Shown here piece by piece: positions 44,598 to 54,845 of a stretch of 64,000 nt of DNA. How positions within the stretch are numbered: the first letter of the stretch is position 1; every line of letters starts with the position of its first letter. The stretch is from an uncultured bacterium (GTDB lineage Bacteria > Auribacterota > Erginobacteria > Erginobacterales > Erginobacteraceae). Both the position numbers and the translations under genes were made by a program. The stretch covers positions 128,001 through 192,000 of the forward strand of contig CAWGIE010000019.1 of NCBI GenBank assembly GCA_963822585.1, written 5' to 3'. The notes beneath the pieces are model-generated. The model had not been told where the DNA came from and searched no databases. It worked only from the letters and a program-made list of their open reading frames with translations.

Positions 44598-45365
44598 ATG
44601 TCAAGGTTCTTCATTTCTGGACTGTTTTTCATCTTTCTGCTGCTTCCTTTGTCGGCGGCGCGGGGGCAATTTGCCTCTCCCCCGGCGACGGGACAGGAAC
44701 CGGGCGTCGGGGGAAAGCTGGACCTTGACTTCAGCTCCCAGTATATCTGGCGTGGACTGGAGCTGAACCATCAGGGGGTCTTTCAGCCGGCGGTCCGCCT
44801 GGGAGACAGCGGGATCGAAGTGGCGGCATTGGGCAACATGGATCTGACCGACGCCAACGAGAACCGGGGCAAATTTACCCGTTTTATTTACCGCGGAGGC
44901 CTGGCCCGGCGGACCCGGGAGGCGGACGTCGCCCTTTCCTATATCTACTATGATAACCGGGAGATCGGCTATCCCAAAACCCAGGAGGTCGCGCTGGAGG
45001 TCCGCTGGGGTTACCCTTTCTTCGTTGGAGAGGATGTATACTGGGACTTCGACAACGCCGACGGCTTTTATTTCAACTCCTCGATCGGTTTCTTCGGGGA
45101 TATCGGCCACCTCCGGATCATCCCCAAGGTCGCGCTCGGCTACGCCACCAGCCACTACGAAGATCACTATTTCGGCGTCCACGAGAACTCGTTTTTGGAC
45201 GTCACGGCATCCCTCGCCCTGGAACTGCAGGTCGTGGGACCGCTCTTCCTCGTGGCTGAAGGCGATTACTACGAGCTGGCCAAGAGCGGACTTCGGCATT
45301 CCGATTTGGCCCCCTCGCAGGGGAAAAACTTCTGGGCCCAGGGCGCCGTCTCTTGTCGCTTTTGA
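44598..45365 (+). CDS. Putative outer-membrane beta-barrel protein (TIGR02001/MipA-like)
   Basis: Signal peptide, SQYIWRG...QP motif, C-terminal Phe. Confidence 0.7.
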   Translation: MSRFFISGLFFIFLLLPLSAARGQFASPPATGQEPGVGGKLDLDFSSQYIWRGLELNHQGVFQPAVRLGDSGIEVAALGNMDLTDANENRGKFTRFIYRGGLARRTREADVALSYIYYDNREIGYPKTQEVALEVRWGYPFFVGEDVYWDFDNADGFYFNSSIGFFGDIGHLRIIPKVALGYATSHYEDHYFGVHENSFLDVTASLALELQVVGPLFLVAEGDYYELAKSGLRHSDLAPSQGKNFWAQGAVSCRF

Positions 45366-45396
45366 AATACATTCGCTCGCTGCGCTCGCGCATGTA

Positions 45397-45589
45397 TGTA
45401 GGATCGTCCTTCACTTCGTTCAGGACTTGCAGTAGTTGTAGTAAATGTAGTATCGCCGGGCCGGAGGCCCGGCTTGCTGAACTGCAAGCGACTGCCGGAG
45501 GCAGGAAGCGATCCTACAATTCCTACAAAGAATGCCGAAGGCATTCTGATCCTACAAGTCCCTAAGTGGAACGAAGGGACGATCCTACA
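45397..45589. repeat. Nested inverted-repeat element between convergent genes
   Basis: Arms TGTAGGATCGTCC..GGACTTG and CAAGTCC..GGACGATCCTACA, with internal hairpins. Confidence 0.7.
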
Positions 45590-45595
45590 CTTCGA

Positions 45596-45994
45596 CTAGA
45601 ATATCTTGGGGGTGGCGGGCGGGGGGCCGAGTAATGACGGCGGGGGGTCTTCTTTCTTCTCCGTCTCCGGAGGGGGAGCGGGCCGGAGACGGAACTCGGC
45701 GCAGGTATCGGTCGCCTCGACCTCTTTCTGGCGGAGAACACACTTCTGAATAAAGGGGTTGACGACGTAGTGAAGGCAACGGTGACAGACCTTCTTCAAG
45801 GCGCCGTCCTGCATCCAGTCCGGAGATTTCTCTTCGATCGCCTCCGGCTCTTCGCCGCCGAACTCAAAACCGCAGAAGGCGCAGGTCTTGATCTCTCCGA
45901 CCGGGGTAAAGCCGTCGTATTTCTTCACCACCCGGATGGCGGATTCCTGTCGGCAGTATGGGCAGAATATCTTTTTTGTCGGAGCGCTCATCAC
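45596..45994 (-). CDS. Small Cys-rich (zinc-ribbon-like) protein
   Basis: CPYC...CAFC...CHRC..C..C pattern; 36 bp downstream of the 2Fe-2S subunit gene. Confidence 0.7.
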   Translation of the reverse strand: MMSAPTKKIFCPYCRQESAIRVVKKYDGFTPVGEIKTCAFCGFEFGGEEPEAIEEKSPDWMQDGALKKVCHRCLHYVVNPFIQKCVLRQKEVEATDTCAEFRLRPAPPPETEKKEDPPPSLLGPPPATPKIF

Positions 45995-46030
45995 CCGTTC
46001 CCGGGGTAAAACGCTTCCCTGCTTACGCGC

Positions 46031-46513
46031 TTACGGTTTCACGGCTTGTGCGAGATAGTCGCGGGCCAGCAGCGCTCCTTTCCAGATCGCTTCGTAACCG
46101 GTGCAGCGGCAGAGATGCAGGGCAAGGGCCTCCCTGATCTCTTCATCGGCGGCCTGCGGGGACTTGTTGAAGAGCGCGTAGAGCTCCATCACGATCCCGG
46201 GCATGCAGTAACCGCACTGAACGGCCCCGGCGTCGATCAAAGCCTGCTGGATCGGATGCAGACGGGTGCCCTCCGCCACCCCTTCGATGGTGACCACGTC
46301 CGCCCCCGCCAGCTTGCCGGCCGGGAAGACGCAGCTTTTCTTCGCCTCACCGTTCACCACTACCACGCAGGCGCCGCAGGCGGCGTCGTCGCAGCCGCGC
46401 TTGGTTCCGGTCAGGCCCAGTTTCTCCCGCAGAATAAAGATCAGCTTTTCTCCCCCTTCGATCTCCACCGTCCGGGGGGTGCCGTTGACGGTAAATGTAA
46501 TCTTCTCTGACAT
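46031..46513 (-). CDS. Molybdenum hydroxylase 2x[2Fe-2S] small subunit (CoxS-like)
   Basis: Motifs GTKRGCDDAACGACVV, QCGYCMPG and HLCRCTGY. Confidence 0.93.
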   Translation of the reverse strand: MSEKITFTVNGTPRTVEIEGGEKLIFILREKLGLTGTKRGCDDAACGACVVVVNGEAKKSCVFPAGKLAGADVVTIEGVAEGTRLHPIQQALIDAGAVQCGYCMPGIVMELYALFNKSPQAADEEIREALALHLCRCTGYEAIWKGALLARDYLAQAVKP

Positions 46514-46536
46514 AATTTCTATCCTTAGGTTATTTC

Positions 46537-46629
46537 ACCACGAAGAACACGAAGGACACGAAGAAGAAAAACTGAGAATACAGTTTAATATTCGCATTCA
46601 CCTTCGTGATCTTCGTGTCCTTCGTGGTT
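46537..46629. repeat. Inverted nonamer arrays (CACGAAGAA/GGA ... CTTCGTG)
   Basis: Three left and three right units. Half-elements also occur at 51888-51913 and 63976-64000. Confidence 0.8.
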
Positions 46630-46693
46630 ATATTATTTCTTTTATACGATACAGGTTCCTCACGGAGTTTGAGCCTTAAATCCGCAGGGCCGA

Positions 46694-49012
46694 TCATTTG
46701 TTAACCAGAGCTTCCTTGATCTGTTCTTTGGTCACTGGAATCTCGTAGAAATCGACACCGATCGCGTCATAGACGGCGTTCAATACCGCCGGGGCGACAC
46801 CGACCAGAGGATGCTCCCCGATACCCCGGGCCCCGAACGGTCCGATCTCACCCGGGGTCTCGACAAACTCAATCGTCTGTTTGGCCGGGGCGTCCTTGAT
46901 GGTGGGGAAGCGGTATTTGCGGAAAGTAGGATTGAGAGCGTTGCCGTTTTCATCGAACCTGAGCTCCTCATGCAGCGACGCCCCGAGACCCATCATGACC
47001 CCTCCCGCGACCTGGCCCCGGATCTGGACCGGGTTGATTACCCGGCCCACGTCGAAAGCCGACGCGAAATGATCGATCAGGACCTCACCCGTCTTCTTGT
47101 CGATCCTGAGTTCGCAGGCCTGGGCACCGAATGTGTAGGTGATCCCCATCCGGCCCTGGCCGTTCTCGTCCGGGTTCGACTGCAGGGGCAGCCGGGCGTC
47201 CGAGGTGGTATGAACGACGTCGCCGACCGTCACCCCGTCCGGGAAGGTATAGCCGCGGCCCAGCTCGGGGACGGGGATACGGACCGTCGGATCGGCTTTC
47301 AGAAAGACGTAGTCTCCATCGTAATCGAGACGGTCCACTTCGACCCGGAGCACTATCGAGGCGGTCTCTTTCAGCTTGGCGATCGCCTTCTCGGCCGCCC
47401 GCACGACGGCCCGTCCGCCCTGGGTGGTGAACATGGAGCCGATCGTCTGCCACTCCCAGGGACTGAACTGGGTATCGATCTCGGTATACACCCGGATCCG
47501 TTCGGGAGCGATCCGGAGAGCTTCGGCGGCGACCATCCGGACGACGTTCCGCAACCCCTGTCCGACCTCCGCCCCCCCCATGTTGATCGAGACCGACCCG
47601 TCCCGGTTGAACTTGAGATAACAGCTCTTGGACGAAAAGGGCGCTCCTTTGGGCGATTTCATCACGGCGGCGAAACCCCTTCCGTAATAATACCGGTCGT
47701 CCTCGGCTTTTTCTTTCGGCTTCGCGAAGACCGCTGCGCGGATGATCTCCGCGCATTTTTTCACATTCCCGTTGCTCTTATGGAGCGTCTCCCCCAGCGA
47801 GGTGACCTTGCCCGGGCCGAGATAGTTTTTCTCCCGCAGATTGAAAGGATCCAGCCCGAGTTTGCGGGCCAGAATGTCCATCATCCGTTCCATCGCCAGT
47901 TGTGACTCCTGGTGGCCGTATCCCCGGAAAGCCCCCACGGGGGGAGTATTGGTATAGACAGAGTAACCGTCAAGGTAGCAGTTCGGGAATTCGTATGTCC
48001 CGGTGGAATTGTGGGTGGCGGCGATCAGGACGTGAACACCGGTATCGGCGGAGGCGCCGGTGGAATGGAGAATCCGGGTCTGGAGAGCGGTCAGCGTTCC
48101 GTCCTTCTTCGCTCCGATCTTGATCTGGGTCCGGATCCCGTGCCCGATCAGGGTGCTCAGAAAATCTTCCTTCCGGGTCGCGACCCATTTAACCGGGCGA
48201 CCGGGTATCTGGCTGGCGATGTAGGCGATGGTCTGCTCGACGGTGATGTCCGACTTGTAGCCGAAACAGCCTCCCAGCTCCGGGATGTGAACCCGGACAT
48301 CGGAGATGGGCAGCCCGTAGACCCGGGCCACCTCCTCGCGGATGATGAAGGGACAGATGGAGGAAGACCAGACCTCGATGGTTTTGTCCTCGTGAAACCA
48401 GGCGATCGCGCCGTGGGGTTCGATCGCGGAACAGGATCCGAAAGGATAGTTAAACTCTCCCTCCACCACCACGTCGGCTTCTTTCCATCCCTGCTCGATA
48501 TCTCCCTTGCGCACCGTGTATCGGTTGGCGATGTTGGTCCCGGCCTGCGGGGCGATCCCGGGAAGATGCCAGAAATCGCCGCTGTCCTCGTGGATCAGGA
48601 CGGCGTCTTCCTTCAACGCGTCCCGGGCATCGACATACGCCGGAAGCGGCTCATACTCGACTTTGATCTTTTTGAGAGCCTCCCTGGCCTGCTGGAGTGT
48701 CTCCGCGACGACCGCGACGACCGGCTGGCCGATGTAATTCACCTTATCGACCGCGATCGGCGTCAGGTCCCGGATATTGTCGCCGTAGACCAGGTCGCAC
48801 CCTTTGCCGGTGATCACCTTCACCACCCCCTCGCACTTTTCCGCTCCGGCGGCGTCGATGGAGAGTAACCGGGCATGGGCGTAATCGGGCCGGAGGATGG
48901 CGGCGTGGAGCATCCCGGGAAGTTTGATGTCGTCGAGGAACTGGACCCGGCCGGTGATCTTGGCGGCGGCATCGGGTCGGGGGATATCTTTGCCGATATA
49001 CTTGAAAGCCAT
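46694..49012 (-). CDS. Xanthine dehydrogenase-family molybdopterin-binding subunit
   Basis: Motifs GGCFG, GAFRGYG, EVGQG, GQVAGG and GARGIGE. Confidence 0.93.
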   Translation of the reverse strand: MAFKYIGKDIPRPDAAAKITGRVQFLDDIKLPGMLHAAILRPDYAHARLLSIDAAGAEKCEGVVKVITGKGCDLVYGDNIRDLTPIAVDKVNYIGQPVVAVVAETLQQAREALKKIKVEYEPLPAYVDARDALKEDAVLIHEDSGDFWHLPGIAPQAGTNIANRYTVRKGDIEQGWKEADVVVEGEFNYPFGSCSAIEPHGAIAWFHEDKTIEVWSSSICPFIIREEVARVYGLPISDVRVHIPELGGCFGYKSDITVEQTIAYIASQIPGRPVKWVATRKEDFLSTLIGHGIRTQIKIGAKKDGTLTALQTRILHSTGASADTGVHVLIAATHNSTGTYEFPNCYLDGYSVYTNTPPVGAFRGYGHQESQLAMERMMDILARKLGLDPFNLREKNYLGPGKVTSLGETLHKSNGNVKKCAEIIRAAVFAKPKEKAEDDRYYYGRGFAAVMKSPKGAPFSSKSCYLKFNRDGSVSINMGGAEVGQGLRNVVRMVAAEALRIAPERIRVYTEIDTQFSPWEWQTIGSMFTTQGGRAVVRAAEKAIAKLKETASIVLRVEVDRLDYDGDYVFLKADPTVRIPVPELGRGYTFPDGVTVGDVVHTTSDARLPLQSNPDENGQGRMGITYTFGAQACELRIDKKTGEVLIDHFASAFDVGRVINPVQIRGQVAGGVMMGLGASLHEELRFDENGNALNPTFRKYRFPTIKDAPAKQTIEFVETPGEIGPFGARGIGEHPLVGVAPAVLNAVYDAIGVDFYEIPVTKEQIKEALVNK

Positions 49013-49474
49013 TGCGTGCGATCTCCTTTATAAATCAGCGCCTCCGGCGCTTATTTAGTGTGTTTTTTATTTTAATATAAAAGGAAATGGCTAACGTTGT
49101 TCTGATTAGTTTAAATCCAACGTCTCCTGCCGGAACGGCAAACCAGTGGAATCATAAAACAATAACCTGCTATTTGGTTTTAGTTCCTTTTCTCTCCTGT
49201 TTCCGGATTTTCCTATTACTATTTTTCGACGAAAAACGGATGAACAGATAATAATACACGATTCGACGGGATAATTCAAACTATATTATACTTTGACGCC
49301 GGAGAGCTCCGGTCGTTGAAGGAAATCCCGGAGAGATAATTTCAATTGCCTTCCCCGGCGGACCCTGATATAGATTATGGACAGTATAGTTTAAGTGGGC
49401 TTTCACGCCCCCCCTTCAGGCACTCGTGGAAAACGGTATCCTCACGGAAACACGGACACTTGGGAGGTAGCAAC

Positions 49475-50029
49475 ATGAATGATATCGTGATGACGGAACG
49501 CAGTCTTCTCACCCGGCACTGGTGGGCACTCGCCGCTCGGGGAGTAATCGCCATATTGCTCGGACTGCTGGCTTTCATCTGGCCCGGACTCTTCGCCGAT
49601 GCTTTTGTCATCATTTTCGGCGTCTTTTTCCTGGTCCAGGGCATCACCGCCCTTTTCACCGCCGCCGATTTGCGGAAGGAGGAACACCGGGGATCGATCA
49701 TCTTCGGGGGGCTGGTCGGCATCGGGGTGGGGCTGGCCATCCTTCTTTTCCCGACGGTCTTCATGGTCATCATCATCTGGGTGATCGCTTTCTGGGCCCT
49801 GGTGACCGGCATCCTGGAGATGAGCGCCTCCTTCCAGCTGCCGGGCGGCGCCGGCGGAAAATGGCTGCTCTTCTTAAGCGGTGTTTTCTCGGTTATCATC
49901 GGCCTGATCCTGCTTACCCGGCCCGGGGCAGGCATTTTGGCGGTTCTCTGGCTGATCGGCATCTACGCGATCATCGCCGGCATCACCCTGCTGGGACTGT
50001 CCTTCAGACTCCGCTCTCAATTGAAGTAA
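49475..50029 (+). CDS. HdeD/DUF308 family membrane protein
   Basis: WWALAARGVIAILLG..FIWP motif, six TM segments; GGAGG RBS before ATG 49475. Confidence 0.88.
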   Translation: MNDIVMTERSLLTRHWWALAARGVIAILLGLLAFIWPGLFADAFVIIFGVFFLVQGITALFTAADLRKEEHRGSIIFGGLVGIGVGLAILLFPTVFMVIIIWVIAFWALVTGILEMSASFQLPGGAGGKWLLFLSGVFSVIIGLILLTRPGAGILAVLWLIGIYAIIAGITLLGLSFRLRSQLK

Positions 50030-50130
50030 ATCGGCCGGTCGGCGGCTGCAAAGAGCGTATCCTCCTCCCGGGGACACGTTCCGTGGAGTGTCGCGCCCGG
50101 AAACCGTCAACCATATTCCGGCCTCGAATC

Positions 50131-51870
50131 ATGAGATTACGCACCCGCCTCACCCTTTCCTTCGCGATTCTGACCGTCTTCACCATCACCGCCCTCCTGG
50201 TGATCTCCAAATTCGGAATCGACGACCTCTCCGATCGGAACATCCAGACGGCGATACAGGGCGTTGAAAATATCACGGAGAGAAACTATGAACTCTCCGA
50301 GGATATCCTGACCCGGTACGGGGAGAAGATCGTGGAGATGAAAGCCCGCAGCGTCGCCAACGAACTTTCGCTCCTGCTGGCCGGGCGGCGGGAATACAAC
50401 TACCCGGAACTGCGGGTCGACGAACGGCTCCGGAAGATCGCCACCCAGGACATTTACTCCGAGTTCCCCCGGGAACGGCGAGCCGGATACGTTGACGTCG
50501 GCGACGACGCCGGAAATTCCGTCTGGCATCCCAACAAGTCGGTCGAAGGAAAAAACTTCGCGGACTGGAAGGAAGAGTTTCCCGACATGTGGAAGTACGT
50601 GGTGCGGTCTTTCACTGAAGAGGAAGTCCGGGGCTATTATACCTTCCTGGACCGGGAGACCAATCAGCCCCGGAAAAAATACATGGTGACCAGACGGGTG
50701 GCAGGCACTCCCTTCATCGTCTACGCGACGGTGGAGATCGATTCCTACTTCCTCCCCGTACACCGGGCGATCCGGGAGGCGGGACGCGAAACCATCGCCG
50801 ATACCGCCCCCCGGATCAGAGCGGCGGCAGCGGCCTTCCGCGAGAACGTTCAGGAAAACGGCTTCATCCTGGGCGTCGCCGTTCTGATTATCGCCGGATT
50901 CTTCGGGTGGTGGCTGGCTTCCCGGCTTTCCCGCCCGATCCTCCGGCTCCGGGACGGGGTGCGGAAACTGGGCGAAGGCGATTTCAGCGTGGAGGTCGAT
51001 GCCGGGGGCAGCACGGAAACGGCCGATCTGACCAATGCCTTCAATCGGCTGGGGTCACGGCTGAAGGAGTACATGGAGAACCTGAGGAGAGAGGTGAGCG
51101 CCCGGGAGGCGGTGGAGAGCGAAGTGCGGATCGCCCGGCAGATCCAGGAATCTCTTCTGCCCCGTTCCTTCCCCCCCTTCCCCAACCGCCGGGAATTCGA
51201 TCTCTTCGCCTTCAACCTGGGGGCCAAAGAGGTGGCCGGCGACTTCTATGATTTTTTCCTGGTCGACGAAAACACTCTGGCCCTGGTCATCGCCGATGTC
51301 TCCGGCAAGGGCATCCCGGCCGCCCTCTTCATGGCGGTCAGCCGGACCGTTCTGAAAAATATCTGCGCCGGGGAGACCGATCCGGGCCGGGCCCTCACCC
51401 GGACCAACAACAGTCTCTGCCGTGACAATGACGCCTGCATGTTCGTGACCCTCATCCTCGGATATTACGACATACTCTCCGGACGACTCTCTTTCGCCAA
51501 TGCCGGTCATGATGAGATGCTCCTGGTGAAAGCGGACGGAACGATCCGACCGGTGGGAAAACTGGACGGCATCGCATTGGGCATCATGGAAGACCGGGAA
51601 TACCGAAGCGGCGAGTTCACCATCGAACCGGGGGATTCCCTGGTCTTTTATACGGACGGGATTACCGAAGCTACCTCGCCGGAGAACGAACTGTTCGGGA
51701 GAGAACGGCTGGAAACTCTCCTGAAGGAAACCGCCGGACGTACGGCGGAGGAGATCTGCGCACTGATCCGGAAGGCGGCGGATGATTTCCAGCAGGGCGT
51801 CCAGTTCGACGATATCACGGTAATGGTTCTGAAAAGAGCTCTACCCTGCTCGAAAATTATAACACCGTAA
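50131..51870 (+). CDS. Membrane sensor PP2C phosphatase (periplasmic Cache-like - HAMP - SpoIIE/RsbU)
   Basis: Motifs IARQIQESLLP, EVAGDFYD, ADVSGKG, NAGH, YTDGITEA and DDIT. Confidence 0.92.
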   Translation: MRLRTRLTLSFAILTVFTITALLVISKFGIDDLSDRNIQTAIQGVENITERNYELSEDILTRYGEKIVEMKARSVANELSLLLAGRREYNYPELRVDERLRKIATQDIYSEFPRERRAGYVDVGDDAGNSVWHPNKSVEGKNFADWKEEFPDMWKYVVRSFTEEEVRGYYTFLDRETNQPRKKYMVTRRVAGTPFIVYATVEIDSYFLPVHRAIREAGRETIADTAPRIRAAAAAFRENVQENGFILGVAVLIIAGFFGWWLASRLSRPILRLRDGVRKLGEGDFSVEVDAGGSTETADLTNAFNRLGSRLKEYMENLRREVSAREAVESEVRIARQIQESLLPRSFPPFPNRREFDLFAFNLGAKEVAGDFYDFFLVDENTLALVIADVSGKGIPAALFMAVSRTVLKNICAGETDPGRALTRTNNSLCRDNDACMFVTLILGYYDILSGRLSFANAGHDEMLLVKADGTIRPVGKLDGIALGIMEDREYRSGEFTIEPGDSLVFYTDGITEATSPENELFGRERLETLLKETAGRTAEEICALIRKAADDFQQGVQFDDITVMVLKRALPCSKIITP

Positions 51871-51979
51871 AAATACATAAGTTAAAACCACGAAGGACAC
51901 GAAGATCACGAAGATTCTTAAAAAAGGGGTTAAATCTTATGGTTCTCTTTCATTTTGTGGGGGTGAATGCATTGTGCGT

Positions 51980-52112
51980 GTCATTCCGACTGTGTCGCAA
52001 CCTTCACAATGGCATCGCGAGCCCCGGAGGGGAGAAGCGATCTCAATTTATGAATAGAATATGTTGTATTCCAATGGGTTGAGATTGCTTCGGCCTGCGG
52101 CCTCACAATGAC
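51980..52112. repeat. REP-like palindromic element (GAAGCGATCTCA / TGAGATTGCTTC..CAATGAC)
   Basis: Complementary arms; same family as 11267-11413. Confidence 0.65.
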
Positions 52113-52149
52113 TTATTTTATAAAACCCATACTAAAAAAGAAAAAGCTC

Positions 52150-53409
52150 ATGACCGGGACCGGAAAAACCGCTTTGAAAATAACCATGTGGCCGGAGACG
52201 GCTCTGGTGGATGAACCGGTCGAGATCTCTCTCACCGGTCTCCAACCGGAAGAGACCGTCACCCTCCGCAGCGGACTGAATGACGCCCGGGGAATCCACT
52301 GGTCGGCCGACGCCGTCTTCCGGGCCGACAGCCGGGGGGAACTGCGGGTCGGAGACCGGGCGCCCCTTTCCGGGACCTATCACGAACGGGACCCGATGGG
52401 GATCTTCTGGTCGATGAGTTCCCCGGCCGGCGAGGGCTATCACCCCTCCCTGGAACCGGTCCCGATCACGATTCACGCTGAAACCGAAAAGGGGGAGACC
52501 GCCTCGACCGTTTTCCGGCGCCGTGCCCTCTCCCCCGGCGTTACCCGGGTGGAGCTTCGCGCAGAAGGACTGATGGGAGAGTTCTTCATCCCCGAGAAAA
52601 TACCGGCGCCGGCTGTTCTGACCCTGGGCGGCTCCGGCGGCGGTCTGCGGTGGTCCCGCGATGTGGCGGCGCTACTGGCTTCACGGGGATACGCCGCGCT
52701 GGCCCTGGCCTACTTCGGGCTGGAGGGACTACCCCCGACTCTGAAAGAGATTCCCCTGGAATATTTCCAGAAGGCGATCGAGTGGCTGAATAACCGCCTG
52801 GAGACCGGGAGCGACACCCTGCGCGTGATCGGGGTCTCGAAAGGCGGCGAGCTGGCGCTCCTGCTCGGTTCCGTCTTCCCGGCCGTCACCGGAGTGGCCG
52901 CCTTCTCCGGAAGCGGCATTGTATTCAACTGCCTTGACCGGGCAATCGCTTCATCGTGGACGTTCCGGGGGAAGCCGGTGCCCTTTGTTCCTTTTTCGGA
53001 TCTTTCCTTTTTCTCCCGGGCCGATTTCAGCCGCCCCCTGCATTTCGCCGAATTTTACCTCGACAATATGAAGGATCGCGCCGGCCTCCGGACCGCCGAA
53101 ATCCCGGTGGAGAAGATAGCGGGGCCGGTCCTTTTGATCAGCGGCGGCGAGGACGGGGTCTGGCCCGCCGGGCGACTTGCCGAACCGGTTCTCCGGAGAC
53201 GGCGGGAAAACGGCCAACCGGTTCTTCACCTGCATTACCCGGATGCCGGTCATTTGACGAAATACCCCTTTCTGCCCACCACCTCTCTCTCCCTGCGGCT
53301 GGAAGAGATGGGCTTCTCCATCTCATTCGGGGGCAGCGCCGGGGCCAACCATCGTGCCGGCGCCGCCGCCTGGCCCCGGCTGCTGGATTTCCTGGAGGAA
53401 GGCCCATGA
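52150..53409 (+). CDS. Acyl-CoA thioesterase/BAAT family alpha/beta hydrolase
   Basis: Motifs GGSGGG, LLASRGYAALALAYF, GVSKGGE, GEDGVWP and YPDAGH. Confidence 0.9.
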   Translation: MTGTGKTALKITMWPETALVDEPVEISLTGLQPEETVTLRSGLNDARGIHWSADAVFRADSRGELRVGDRAPLSGTYHERDPMGIFWSMSSPAGEGYHPSLEPVPITIHAETEKGETASTVFRRRALSPGVTRVELRAEGLMGEFFIPEKIPAPAVLTLGGSGGGLRWSRDVAALLASRGYAALALAYFGLEGLPPTLKEIPLEYFQKAIEWLNNRLETGSDTLRVIGVSKGGELALLLGSVFPAVTGVAAFSGSGIVFNCLDRAIASSWTFRGKPVPFVPFSDLSFFSRADFSRPLHFAEFYLDNMKDRAGLRTAEIPVEKIAGPVLLISGGEDGVWPAGRLAEPVLRRRRENGQPVLHLHYPDAGHLTKYPFLPTTSLSLRLEEMGFSISFGGSAGANHRAGAAAWPRLLDFLEEGP

Positions 53410-54125
53410 ACGGCGGGGGTCTCGTGATTCCGCTGCTGGCACCGGCGATCGCTCTTTTCCTGGTTTCCGCCGGCCGGGCGGCGGAAGGAACGACGGACTT
53501 CACCGCCATAACGGAGCCGGCCGGCGGTGAAGAAATTTCCGTGCTCGATCATTTCCCCCTTCTGAACGGCCTGAGCTGGAAATATCGTTCCAACCTGGGC
53601 GACGTCTCCTCCCGGATCGTCGTCGACGGGGACCGGATCACGATCATCGCCGAGTCGTCCCCCCTCGATATCAAGCAAACTCTCCAGCTCACCCCTGAAG
53701 GACTCTTCCTGATCGAAGCCGAGAGCGATACTTTTCTCATCTCCACCCGGAGAACATATCACCCGTTCCTTCTCCGTTTCCCGCGCCGGGTCTCGATCGG
53801 AAAAAGCTGGAAATGGGAGGGGAGAGAAGTTGTCGACGGGGAGATCATCGAAAGCCGGGTCGCGGGGGTCATTGACGGCTGGGAGACGGTTGCCGTCCCC
53901 GCCGGGGAGTTCAGATGTCTGAAAGTTACCGTCCAGACCGTCTCCGATGACGGAACAACCAGCTCTTCCACGCAGTGGCTCGCCGCGGGTGTCGGCATCG
54001 TCAAGGCCGATATCAAGATCGATGCCGGCGGTTTCTCCGGTCTGATCATCTCCCTGCTCGGATACGATCATTACCATCTTGAACTGGAAGAGATGATCCG
54101 TCCCGGAGATGGTAAACATGATTGA
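53406..54125 (+). CDS. Secreted hypothetical protein (DUF3108/TapB-like)
   Basis: ATGA overlap with the thioesterase, signal peptide, ETVAVPAGEFRCLKV...WLAAGVGIVK motif. Confidence 0.7.
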   Translation: MNGGGLVIPLLAPAIALFLVSAGRAAEGTTDFTAITEPAGGEEISVLDHFPLLNGLSWKYRSNLGDVSSRIVVDGDRITIIAESSPLDIKQTLQLTPEGLFLIEAESDTFLISTRRTYHPFLLRFPRRVSIGKSWKWEGREVVDGEIIESRVAGVIDGWETVAVPAGEFRCLKVTVQTVSDDGTTSSSTQWLAAGVGIVKADIKIDAGGFSGLIISLLGYDHYHLELEEMIRPGDGKHD

Positions 54126-54164
54126 CCACACTCCCTCCTCTTGGTATTTTAGTAATAATTACTA
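54122..54164 (+). promoter_or_regulatory. Sigma70-type promoter overlapped by a 7-1-7 Fur/PerR-like box
   Basis: TTGACC-17-TATTTT, then TAGTAAT-A-ATTACTA at 54150-54164. Confidence 0.65.
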
Positions 54165-54194
54165 TTCATGATAGTTCGAACCCGAGGAGGCAGC

Positions 54195-54776
54195 ATGATG
54201 GAATTAAAAGGCTCACAGACGGAAAAAAACCTGATGACCGCTTTTGCCGGGGAGTCGCAGGCCCGCAATCGGTACACGTACTATGCCAGCAAGGCGAAGA
54301 AAGACGGATTCGTCCAGATCTCAAAGATCTTCGAGGAAACCGCCGACCAGGAGAAAGAGCACGCGAAGAGGCTCTTCAAGTTCATGACCGGCGGCGAAGC
54401 CGGGGTGGCCGAAGGTGCGGCTTATCCTTTCGGAGTCATCGCCGACACCAAGGCGAACCTGATCGAAAGCGCCGGCGGAGAGCACTACGAATGGACCCAG
54501 ATGTATCCGTCATTCGCCCGGACCGCCCGGGAGGAAGGGTTCGATGCCATTGCCGAAGCGATGGAATCGATCGCCGTGGCGGAGAAACAGCATGAGAAAC
54601 GCTACCTTGCCTTGGCCGAGAATATTAAACGGGGCCGGGTCTTTAAGCGGGAGAAGCCGGTTGTCTGGCGCTGTCTCAACTGCGGTTATCTGCATGAGGG
54701 GCCCGAGGCGCCGGAGTGCTGCCCGGCCTGCGCCCATCCCCGGGCCTATTTCGAACTGCTGGGAGAAAACTGGTAA
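54195..54776 (+). CDS. rbr: Rubrerythrin
   Basis: Motifs AFAGESQARNRY, QEKEHA, GEHYE and AEKQHE, with C-terminal CLNC..CPAC. Confidence 0.95.
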   Translation: MMELKGSQTEKNLMTAFAGESQARNRYTYYASKAKKDGFVQISKIFEETADQEKEHAKRLFKFMTGGEAGVAEGAAYPFGVIADTKANLIESAGGEHYEWTQMYPSFARTAREEGFDAIAEAMESIAVAEKQHEKRYLALAENIKRGRVFKREKPVVWRCLNCGYLHEGPEAPECCPACAHPRAYFELLGENW

Positions 54777-54845
54777 GGAAGGAATTTTTCAGTATTTTGT
54801 ATTAACTAAAATTGAAAACAGGGAATGTAATTAACAACGCCGACA

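Noticed and set aside
49522..50130. N-terminal extension of the PP2C ORF
   Set aside because: It overlaps the HdeD gene in another frame; the real start is probably ATG 50131, just before the first TM segment.
52956..53405. N-terminal extension of ORF 52956..54125
   Set aside because: It overlaps the thioesterase; ATG 53406 gives an ATGA coupling and a signal peptide.
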